In this document: one piece after another, positions 36,356 through 47,400 of the stretch
Numbering within the stretch: the first letter of the stretch is position 1
Layout of the letters: every line of letters begins with the position of its first letter
NCBI RefSeq assembly: GCF_030144855.1
Contig: NC_082713.1
Span: 131,006,001-131,070,000 of the forward strand
DNA from: Hypanus sabinus
Lineage: Eukaryota
Reading direction: 5' to 3'
DNA: 64,000 nt
Program-made: the position numbers and the translations under genes
The notes under the pieces: model-generated
Database searches by the model: none
Seen by the model: only the letters and a program-made list of their open reading frames with translations
Told to the model about the DNA's origin: nothing

Positions 36356-38012
36356 TTCATAAATCATCATTAAGTTGGCCTAAGAGAAGTTTAGTGGGCT
36401 AGATTTTTCATGGGTCTGTCACAAACTCATTGTCTAGATGGAAGCAACCACTGCTGTCCCTGAGCTTGCGTCTTAAACCTTGCATCTCTCTCTGATTCAT
36501 GACACCTACAGAATGTTTAATCACCTGGATATAGTGAACCACAGGAATATCATGCATTCCTTTGGTGCTGTACGTGTTGGATCTAATGGAAGAACAGTGA
36601 AATTAGGAAAGGAAAACATGGAGGCTTAGGTACGTTCGTTCGGTGCACGTGCTGTTTGCAAGTGGAAGTCAAAGATATTCTTGTTGTAGAATGGCAAAAT
36701 AGGGACAAAAACATGTTGACTCAAAGAATAACCCTCCTTGCCCATCCTTATCCCTCCACAAAAGAGACAGAAGCTTAAGGAATACCTTTTCATGAGATGT
36801 ACTAAGTCTGTGTGTGTATGTGTCTGCACATACTGTATGTTATGCTGCGTAGACTAGAGGTTTGCTAAGCTTAGGTGGTAATGAAGATATGAATGAGAAA
36901 TGAGGAAGAGGCATTTATTTGGCCTCTCATATCTTCTCTGCAATACTGTATAGTCATGAATAATCTTTTGCTTCACCACCACATTTCTGCAATAATCTCA
37001 AATCTCTTGATTTTCTTAATATCCAAAAATCTGTCAATCTTTATCCGGACTATACTGAGCTAGAGAGCCTTCACAGTCCCTTGGGGAGGAAATTCCAAAG
37101 AGTCACCCCTCAGTTTGGCTGCAGAAATCTCTTCTCATCTCAGCTCTGAGTGATTAGCGGCACTGTGACTCTGATTCTGGGCATGGCAGCCGGGTGAAAC
37201 CAACTCTGCCTCCGTCCTGTTGTGAAATGCGAAAATATGAGGCCGTATCACAGCCAGGTAGGGAGCCAGGGTGTCTGAGGAGGTTGAGGATCTTCAGAAA
37301 AGATTGCAATTTATATTCCCTCGTAAAGTTTCACAATATCACGAGTCTTTCAGATTCAGATTTATTTATCGCCTGTACATCAAAACATAGAGTGAAATGC
37401 GTCATTTGCATTTACAGCCAGCACACCCAAGGATGTGCTGTGTGCGGCCACAAGTGTGTCACACGCTCTACTGCCAAGTTAGCAACCCAACCCACGTACC
37501 CCAACGTCAGTGAAGCTTCTTTTCAATGTATGCGTCTGGAGAAGAATGGGGAAACGCCAGAGAGAGGGGAAGTTGCCTCTTTAAGCAGCCAGTAAATTTG
37601 AGCCAACTTGTTGTTAGCATGGATTACCATGTTCTTTAAATGAAATTAGCTGATTAATCTGCAAAGATACAAATGCAGAAAACCTTTACCAGATGCTGGG
37701 GAAAAAAAAACCTGCAGATGTTTTGATCAGTGACTATGTGATGCGTGACAGCTGTGTTTGAAAGCTCTGCGGCGGTTAATCCTCCACTTCTCCGGTTGCT
37801 CTTGAGAAACTGCAACACACTTTAGAAAGTGTAATACCTTGTTTTCAAAATGCCGCTGACATTATCACATGACCAAAATTTTGAATTGGGCATCTAGAAT
37901 CATATTCTAAGAAATGCAGCAAAGATCTAAATCTGTTCTCTTTTTAGAACTTTAAATAATTTACACAGAAATTCAGCTGGAAAAAGTAATTTTCTTTGTA
38001 TTTTAAATGAAA

Positions 38013-38090
38013 AGTGAAATTGCTATTGACTAGTCAGCTTTATTGACTAGTCAGATTTGTTGTCAGCTGACTAGCCAGTAACAATTTACT
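38013..38090. repeat. Imperfect hairpin with an internal 14-bp tandem duplication
   Basis: agtgaaattgctattgactagtcagct ... agctgactagccagtaacaatttact; tattgactagtcag occurs twice (38024-38037, 38041-38054). Confidence 0.75.
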
Positions 38091-38979
38091 GTCAATTTCA
38101 AATTATGCCCTGTGCATAACAGCATTCTTGAAGGCTTATTTAAAATGCAGAGACTGCTGATATTAAGGTAGAGGCCACAATGTTGTAACTACATGCTGGG
38201 ACCTGGAAGATAAGAAAGGATTCTCCTTCCACTAAAATTGGAACCATTTTTATCAACCTTTCCACATATAATTGAGGTGCTCCATGGATTAGCCACAGGA
38301 GAAAGTAGAAGATCCAGTGAAAAACTGATAAATAGGTGCACAACTTTGTATTTCATATTGACAAACATGTGTGCATAAACATAACGTGTGCACAGTATCT
38401 GCTACCTGCATAGATTAGCAAGAGCCTTGTGCACTTGTGCAGTAAAAGGCTCATTTTTACATTTCTTTCAAGCGTTTTACTCAGATGAATATGGACTTGT
38501 ATGAACCCACTCTCTCTGGGCCCATTAAGTAATCTGAACATTTTCCAGACTTTTCAAAAAATAGAGACTGCAGAGAGTGAAAGAGATTTTGGTATCCAGG
38601 TACACAAATCACTGAATTTCCATTGAGAGTCATAAAAAAAGACAATGGAATCTTGGACATTTCCTCAAGGGAGCTGCAGATGGAAGGTTATAGCTTTGGT
38701 CAGGCAACATCTGTAGTATTGTGGTTAGTACTGAGGATACAGAGGCAGTGACGGAGACTGGAGAATGCTGTGCAAAACTACTTCTGAGCCCATCAGCCGC
38801 AAGTGTGACATGGAGGCTCAAGTGTTGTGCCTGAAATGGTTATCGAGTAATTAGTAGAGCACTCATTTGTTAATTGCAGTTTGAATACAAGAGGGATGTC
38901 ATGCTTTGTAGTTTGTGCTTTATTGCCAAGAACACATGACTGATTGTATCAAAATAAATTATGACCACACAGTATTATA

Positions 38980-39192
38980 AACGCAAACACGAGGGAATCT
39001 GCAGATGCTGGAAATTCAAGCAACATATGCAAAATGCTGGTGGAACGCAGCAGGCCAAGCAGCATCTATAGGGAGAAGTACAGTTGATGTTTCGTGAGAA
39101 CTGACAAAGGGTCTTGGCCCAAAACGTCAACTGTATTTCTTCCTATAGGTGCTGCCTGGCCTGCTGCATTCTACCAGCATTTTGCGTGTGTT
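38980..39192. mobile_element. Fold-back Penelope mini-insertion with 13-bp TSD
   Basis: Inverted pLTR arms of about 75 bp; acacagtattata at 38967-38979 and 39193-39205. Confidence 0.85.
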
Positions 39193-39311
39193 ACACAGTA
39201 TTATAGTGTTTTCATGGTAAAATTCAGCAACCTCTGCTGAGATTTTCTGTGCAACCCCGATTTTGGCATCTCAAATATGTACTTTTTTTTGTTGTTTTGA
39301 TTTATGTTGTA

Positions 39312-39862
39312 GCTTCTTCAAAAAGTACTAGATATAGCCCAGTGCATCGTAGGTAAAGCCCTTCCCACCACTGAGCACATCGACACACCGCACTGATGCA
39401 TGGAAGCGGCATTCATCATCAGGGACCCCAAACCCCTAGGATATGCTCTATTTTTGATGCTCCCATCAGCAAGAAGGTACAGAAGCCTCAGGACTCACAC
39501 CACCAGGCTCAGGAACAGTTATTACCCCTTGAGCATCAGGCTCTTGAACCAACATCTCTTAGCTTCACCTACCCCTTCACTGAACTGATTCCACAACCTA
39601 TGGGCTTACTTTCAAGGACTGTACATCTCATGTTTTCAATGTGTATTGCTTATTTATTTATTATTATTTCTTTTTTTTCTTTCATACTTGCAGTTTGTCA
39701 TCTTTTGCACATTGGTATCTATCTGCCCTGTTAGGTGCAGTCTTTCATTGATTCTATTGGGTTTCTTGGATTTACTGAGTATGCCTGCAAGTAAACAAAT
39801 CCTGGGGTTACATATGGTGACGTATACTGTATGTACTTCAAGAATAAATTTGCTCTGAACTT
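39312..39862 (+). mobile_element. Rex1/Babar LINE 3' end
   Basis: AAFIIRDPKPLGYALFLMLPSARRYRSLRTHTTRLRNSYYP; the UTR is similar to 7250-7560. Confidence 0.8.
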
Positions 39863-41029
39863 CTCTACAAATATGAATTCAGTGTTAAATAATGTAGATT
39901 GTAGAGTCATAGAGACAGACCGCAACCCAATGAATCTGTAGCGACCATTACAAACCCACTAACACTAATGCTACACTAAACCCATTTTGTTCTTCTTGTA
40001 TTCTTAACTCCCTCAGATTCCACCACTCGCACACTAGAAGCAAATTACAGTGGTGAATTATAACCTATCAACACGCACTTCTTTGGGATGTGGTAGTAAA
40101 CTGGAGCATCAAAAGGGAACCCAGTCACAAGGAGTCATAGAGTTATAGATTTGATAAGCACTGAAATGGCCTCTTTCTACACAGCTGCATTTGCACTGAC
40201 ACCTTGCTTATCCTAAATTCACACACCTGTTTCATTAATTCCATATCCTTCTCTGCCTTCCTCATTCAGGCATCTGTCCAGATCCTCCTTAAATGTGAGC
40301 TAATGCTCAGGCGGGTGGTGAGTATATGGAATGAGCTGCCAGAGGACATGGTGCAGTTATGACATTTAAAAGGCATTTGGTTACTTGCATGGATAGGAGG
40401 AATTTAAGTGGTATATGTCAAACATAGTCAAATGGGATTAGCTCAATCAGGCCACTTGGTTGGCTAAAGGGCCTAATTCTGTGTTGTATATTTCTATGCC
40501 TCTAAAGGTACCTTTTAAATTTGAAAATGCTCATTGATGTGAGTTCAGACATGCAGATTAATTATGGTTAATTTGCCACTCTAAATTGCTTCTGTTCTGT
40601 TGGTGAGTGATGGAACAATTGATGGAAATGTAAGGAGGTTAAAATGGGATAGTTTAGAATTGGTGTGACTGGGTGCTTGACTGACATCGCAGAGTCAGGC
40701 TGAAGGTCCTCCTCATGACTCAGTAACTCTTTTCTCATTGGCCTGTACCTGCCGCAGCCGGCTCTATGCAGTAAACTTCTTGTATGGCAGCATTTATACT
40801 TGAAACTTCAAATGCAGCAACTTTGCCTATAATTAACTCCATGCTTTGTGAACTTTGGGATTGAAAAGCTTAAAACAATTTTACGTCATGCAGAATCGGT
40901 CACAGAAATGTTTACTTTGACAGTATTTTCATTTTCCAAACCATCTGTCCTTAAATTCTAGGGTTGGATAACAAGGTGAAATAATCTTATTATAGAATTT
41001 CAGATAAACAGATCCACAAGTAAAATGCA

Positions 41030-41932
41030 GTGTGACATGTGATGAGGATGTTAGGAGAATCCAGGGTGACTTGGATAGGCTGGGTGAGTGGGAAGATACT
41101 TGGCAGATGACGTTTAATGTGAATAAGTGTGAGGTTATCCACTTTGGGAGTAAGAACAGGAAGGCAGATTATTATCTGAACAGTGTAGAGTTAGATAAGG
41201 GAGAAATACAAAGAGATCTAGGAGTCCTTGTTCATCAGTCACTGAAGGTGAATGAGCAAGTGCAGCTGGCAGTGAAGAAGGCTAATAGAATGTTGGCCTT
41301 TATTACAAAGGGAATTGAGTACAAGAGCAAGGAAATCCTCTTGCATTTGTACAGAGCCCTAGTGAGACCACACCTAGAGTATTGTGTACAGTTTTGGTCT
41401 CCAGGGTTAAGGAAGGACATCCTGGCTGTAGAGGAAGTGCAGCATAGATTCACAAGGTTAATTCCTGGGATGTCCGGACTGTCTTACGCAGAGAGGTTAG
41501 AGAGACTGGGCTTGTACACACTGGAATTAAGGAGATTGAGAGGGGATCTGATTGCAACATATAAGATTATTAAGGGATTGGACAAGATAGAGGCAGGAAA
41601 TATGTTCCAGATGCTGGGAGAGTCCAGTACCAGAGGGCATGGTTTGAGAATAAGGGGTAGGTCATTTAGGACAGAGTTAAGGAAAAACTTCTTCTCCCAG
41701 AGAGTTGTGGGGGTCTGGAATGCACTGCCTCAGAAGGCAGTGGAGGCCACTTCTCTGGATGCTTTCAAGAAGGAGCTAGATAGGTATCTTATGAATAGGG
41801 GAATCAAGGGATATGGGGACAAGGCAGGAACCGGGTATTGATAGTAGATGATCAGCCATGATCTCAGAATGGCGGTGCAGGCTCAAAGGGCTGAATGGTC
41901 TACCTCTGCACCTATTGTCTGTTGTCTATTGT
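41030..41932 (+). mobile_element. Young 5'-truncated CR1 (HER1-like) LINE with an uninterrupted 269-codon ORF2 C-terminus
   Basis: IQGDLDRLGEW..WQMTFNVNKCEVIHFG, RDLGVLV, LYRALVRPHLEYCVQFWSP, RLRGDLIATYKI, FFSQRVVGVWNALP; tail ctattgtctgttgtctattgtc. Confidence 0.92.
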
Positions 41933-41934
41933 CC

Positions 41935-43266
41935 TTTCAAAACAATATGTACCCTTGGACATTAAGCTCCCACCTATAATCTTTCAGCCATGATTCAGTG
42001 ATGCCTACAACATCATACCTGCTAATTTGCAACAATGCTGCAAGTTTATCTACCTTATTCTGTGTACTGCACACATTCAAGTATAACACCTTCAGTCCTG
42101 TACTCATCATTTTTGGTTCTGTCCATCTTTTACACTACTACTCGCTCTGTTGGCTGCAATTTTGCCCCATCAACAATCTCTCCTCACTACTCATTGCCTC
42201 TGTTTGTAAACCAGCTTCCTCATCTTCAGCACTATTATCCACCTTTCCTATGACACTTCATGCATCGAAATACACACAGCTCAAGGCACTAGTCGCACAT
42301 GCTCAACCTTTTGATTCCTAACTTTGTTTGAGGTCTTAACAACATCTAACTCCACAACCTCTCTGCTAACTGTTCTGGCACTCTGGTTCCCATTCCCCTG
42401 CAACTCTAGTTTAGTACAGCATTAACAAACCTTCCTGCTAGGATATTAGTCCCATTCCAGTTAAGGTGCAAATCGGTCCTTCTGTACAGATCCCACCTTC
42501 CCTGGGAGCAAGCCTAATGGTCCAATAATCTTATGCCCTCCCTCCTACACCAGCTTCTTAGCCACATATTAAACTGTAGAATCTTCCTAGTTCAAGCCTC
42601 ACTAGCACGTGGCACGTGTAGCAATCCTGAAGGTCCTGCCCTTTAACTTAGCACCTATTTCCCTCTGCAGAACCTCCTCACTTGTCCTTCCCGTGTCATT
42701 GGCACCTGCATGGACCTCGACTTCTGGCTGTTCACCCTCCCACTTAAAAATGGTGAGGACTCAATCTGAGATATAATGGACCCTGGTACCCATGAGACAA
42801 CATACCATTCGGGAATCTTGTTCTCAGCTACAGAACCTCTTGTCCATTCCCTTATCTAATGATTCTCCCGTCACCACATCATGCCTCATCTTCCCCCTTC
42901 CCTTCTGAGTCACAGAGGCAGACTCAGTGCCAGAGACCCGACCACTATGACTTTCTGCTGTTAGGTCATCCTCCCCAACAGTATCCAAAGTGATATATCT
43001 TTTGCTGAGGGGGATGGCCACAGGGATACTCTGCACTGGCTCCGGAACCCCTTTCCCCTTCCTGACTGTCACGCAGTCTCCTGAATCCTGCACCTTGGGT
43101 GTAACTGCCTCTTTTCTATCACCCCCCTCAGCCTCCCAAAGGTTCTGGAGTTCATCTAGTTCCAACTCCATAAGGCAGATCGTTGGAAGCTGCAGCTGGA
43201 TGCACTTCTCGCAGTTGTAGGCGTCAGGGACACTGCACGGCTCTCTGCCTTCTCACATCCCGCCAG
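41935..43266 (-). mobile_element. CR1 LINE 5' half: decayed ORF1 (Zn finger, coiled coil, SGNH esterase) and start of the endonuclease
   Basis: YNCEKCIQLQL, ELELDELQNLWEAEG, VVTGESLDKGMDKRFC (degenerate GDS motif), LKVLYLNVCS..NKVDKL...DVVGITESWL. Confidence 0.8.
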
Positions 43267-43424
43267 AGTTGCTGGCAGAGCTGGCAGAGGAGCTCAACTT
43301 TAAACCACATTTTAATGTGCTTTTAATGTACGTATATAATTGCCAACGCATGCTGCTATTTATGTATTTATGCAAATTTATTCCATATCTGTACTTTAAC
43401 CTCTAACTTTATTTTTTATGTAAT

Positions 43425-44485
43425 GCCCGAGAGCAAGGCCCTCTTAGTGGATGCCCCGGAAGACCAGGAGGAGAATTTGGGATTACCTGCGGGGGTACTG
43501 GTGAGGCCCGAATTGCAGAAGCCCTCAGTTGTACGGGCGAACATGTCAGGAACACTGCAAAGAGGGAGGTCACCTTCAAGCGGGGCATACCCCGGCGCAT
43601 CTTTTTCTCAGTGACAGTAATGTCTCGAGTCCCGGTGAGACAAACCGGGGAGAAACCCTCTGCAAAGGGGGGAAAGTTGACCACTTCGGGGACTCCCCGG
43701 CACCCGCGGGTTGGAAGCAGAGGTCACAGAGAATCAGGAGACCACTGGATAGGCTGGCCTATGTAGCACCGGAGGAACAGACTGTGGCCCCTACCGCTTT
43801 GGGGAGCCCCGTCACTGCCTTTTACACCTGGGTTAGACTTTGTGCTTTGCATGAAGGATTGGCAAGTTATCTCAATGTCATGAGGACAGGACTAAATTTG
43901 GTGGGGGGGGGGGTGGAGAGTGTAACACCCTGGGAAAGGTTTCACTGCTAACGTAATGGTTTTTCTGTAGCAGCAGTGTTTGGGTTATGGCTGGAGATAA
44001 CGGGGGCTTTGGAATGTGAGCCATCCATAGAAGGGAATGTTTTCTCTTGTCGTGTGCCTGAGACTGAGGGGACCTGGGTCTGTTGTTCGGTGGAAGATGA
44101 AGAGAGAAGATGCCGGAAAGGAGAGGTTGTAGACACTAGGACGGAGTGGACTTGGAGTGGAACTGGGAGTCAATGAAACCCAGGGGAACCAATGGACGGG
44201 AAACTGTGAGCTCCAATGTGCACCTTAGACAGTTTCATTAAAATAGGCCCTTTTCTTTTTGTTTTACTTTACTAACCCTCCAGTCAAATTAATAGTTATA
44301 AAGCTAAATTGTTTAATTGCGTATGGTGCACTGTCTGTTATTTTGTGGTATTGATTTGTAACAGGGGAACACATCATGCAGCATCCACACAAACAGGAGG
44401 TTTTGCACCTCAGATTTCACACATTTGGTGGGGCTAGAGACTGTCTTCCATAGACTAATGCCTCTGGCCAAACCTAAGGGTTACA
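43425..44485 (+). mobile_element. 3' end of an LTR retrotransposon: integrase tail, PPT and 565-bp LTR (43921-44485)
   Basis: RSQRIRRPLDRLAY; G-rich PPT ggtggggggggggtggagag directly before tgtaacaccc; LTR ends gggttaca (terminal inverted repeat). Confidence 0.8.
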
Positions 44486-47400
44486 CTTATCATTGTTGAA
44501 TTTTTTTTTGCTGCAAGTTGCGCCCTGACCAACACAGGGCAGAAAAATCCTAATACATGCAAATGTACATGGTGAATAAAGGTGATCCTTGTTGACATTT
44601 GTCCTTGTCACAGGGAAAGCTTGCACACACAGATATCTGTCAGGATCAAGGTTGATCCAAGATCCCTGAAGCTGTGAGGGACAGGACTAAATTGCTGCAG
44701 TTGCACGCTGCCTGTTTCTCTCCTTTGCAACACAAGCAATACTTTAGATGAGAATTTCCTCTTATGACGAAAAAAAGTCTAAAAACTTTGGAAACATTTG
44801 GACAGATATAGTTTGAAGTTTATTTTTGTAACCCTGTGCAGTTACTTGTGAGTCAGGATAGTTTCTGAATTGTGATTTTTTAAAAATATTATCTGTAGTT
44901 GCTCCAATAACGAGCATCAGGCTAGAAATGTCTCTGGAAAAGTGAAATGCCTTCGATACATGATACATTAATAAACAAACAGGTAGAGAATTTCCACGGT
45001 TTCTTCCAATTATGTCATTGCTTTGGCTAAAAGTGTAAAACTTCAGACCAACTCCACAATGGAGTGTTTATGTTGTTCCTCCAGGATACTTTTAATCTTC
45101 CATGGGAAACACATTCCCAACCACAGCCCAAACAAATAGATTATTGAAGGTGCACATAACGGTTGCAGAACTTTTGTAAACTGGGCGTTCAAATAATAAC
45201 AAGGTATTGAGTGGAATGGAGCGAGTTATCTCCTTCTGTTACTGTGTGGGTGTCACCTCCAAGGTTTGAGTTTGAATCCAAACCCAGAGAAATGAAATGA
45301 AAAGATATTTCTTAGAAATTTATCTCAGGCTGGTAGCCCTTAACATGGGAAATTTCACGTTAGATACTTATATTTGGTCTGCATGTTCATTCCACTGAAG
45401 GCAGGCGTCTGACCTTGGCTACTCACATGCTAGCACCAGAAATGTCTGCCACAAACTGTGTGCTGGGAGTCACACAAAGTAAAGAGAGGATGAGTAGTGG
45501 AGGGTATCAGGGGTGACTGATGTAAAGCCCCACCTGCATGATAATGAACTGGGTGTATTTTCCTTCAATCCATCAACATTTTCATGGTCTCTATTAATAA
45601 TTTCAGCTTTTAGCTTCCAGATATTTTAATCATAATTCTAATTTTCAACAAGTTAAAGTCTAGCCCAAAAATAACAGTGATGTTGAACCTCAACAGAATA
45701 TTTGCAAGACCCACTGATTAGTCAATGCTGATTTCTATTCTGGATTCTTAGACACAAGGAGGACCTCATTTGACCTGGTAGCTTTTCTTCAAAAGTTTAT
45801 AGTGAGGAACATATTGGTTTTATTAAAATCTCATCTATATTTCTTAGCAAATTGAATGTGATTGGGCAACTCCTGCACTATTGATTATTATTTGTCTTGC
45901 TTTTACTAAAGTGGAGAAAGTGCAGCCATCCACACAGGCACGGTCTGTGTTGTGTGTTTTGGCAGCTGTACACTGCACTAAAGTTACCGTTAGGAACCGT
46001 TGACAGAGCAGCTGCAACTGTGATTTCAGTTGCAGAATGAAACAGAGCAACTTGCCAAGGCTGTACATCCCATACCTGCTACCTCCCCATAGGGAGAGAC
46101 CAGGACCACAGGAGCTCCAGACTTGTCACCATAGTCTTTCATTGTCCCTGGGTTCTTACTCAACAATGCTGGTAAAATGATGCACTTAGTAGAGCTGCTG
46201 CCTCAATTCAGTGAATAGGGTTCACCCTGACCTCTGGCACCATTGCAGTTCGAAGAACATCAAATTTAAAAGAGACTAGAAAATTAAAATATGTTTTTAT
46301 TGCAGAGGCCTTATAAAGCATTGGTCTAACTGCATTTGGAACATTCTGAGTAACTTGGGCCCTGTATCTAAGAAACGGAGTGTCGATGCTAGAGGGGGTC
46401 TGGAGGAAATCTGCAGGAAATATCTCAGAATTGAAAATCTTAACAGATTCGATGGGCTGAATAACCTAATCCTGCTCTCATAACTGAGTTCTATGGTCTA
46501 TTTATAAAACTTCCAAATGGGATCCCCCAACATCATCTTCTCAAGGACAATTCCACGTCAGTAACAACAGCAGCTTTGCTGTGTTACCCATATCCTCCGA
46601 AACCAAAGGTCACACATCCAACTGACTTCTTTCCTGTTAGTTTCTGAAGTTATTGTTGCAACAATCAGGGAAAGTGTTCCCCCATTAGACTGAAGTCTAA
46701 TGATTAATGTTATGTTTTATTTTTGTATGAACATCACTCTTGTTCACGTCAGCATTTATTAACCATCCATGTTTGCCCCGGAAATGTGAGTGAAGTTTCA
46801 ACAGTTCATTGCTTACTGGGCCTGGTCAAAAAGCAGTTAAGAATCTGCCACAGGATCAAATCAGCTGAACACTGCAAGTTTCATTTCCAAAAGAAATTGA
46901 TGAGCTCGTTTAGGTTTTTTGAAAGTCTGAAAATCTTATAATCTTCACTACAGCTTTGACAGTGCAGAGTACAATAAGCAGAAAGGATTCAGAGGCCTGA
47001 ACTATTAATGAACATGAAGACTCGAAGAATTAACTGTATGTGGTAAGTACCTATCTTTATCCCTACAGGGTGCGGAGTAAACCTGAGAATTCTATAACAA
47101 GGTTGGTTCTGCCTTTTTCTTTCAAGTGGCCATGCAACCAATTTTGTGCCCGATTTGCAGTTGATGAAGGATGGCATTAGATTAAATTTCCACCTTCTCA
47201 GGAGTTGAGCTGGGCTGTGATAGGTTAAGTCAGTTGGCCAGTCACTACGCTTGCTTCTAAAATCTAATTGACTGTAAGCAGCAACTTCTGGTTTGTAAGT
47301 CAGAAATTCCGCAGTATCCAAATGAATTGCTCAGAAATGCGTTTTCCTGAAACTTTAGATAGCGTAAAATATGAATATTTTTTCCCTGCTCTTAGTAAAA

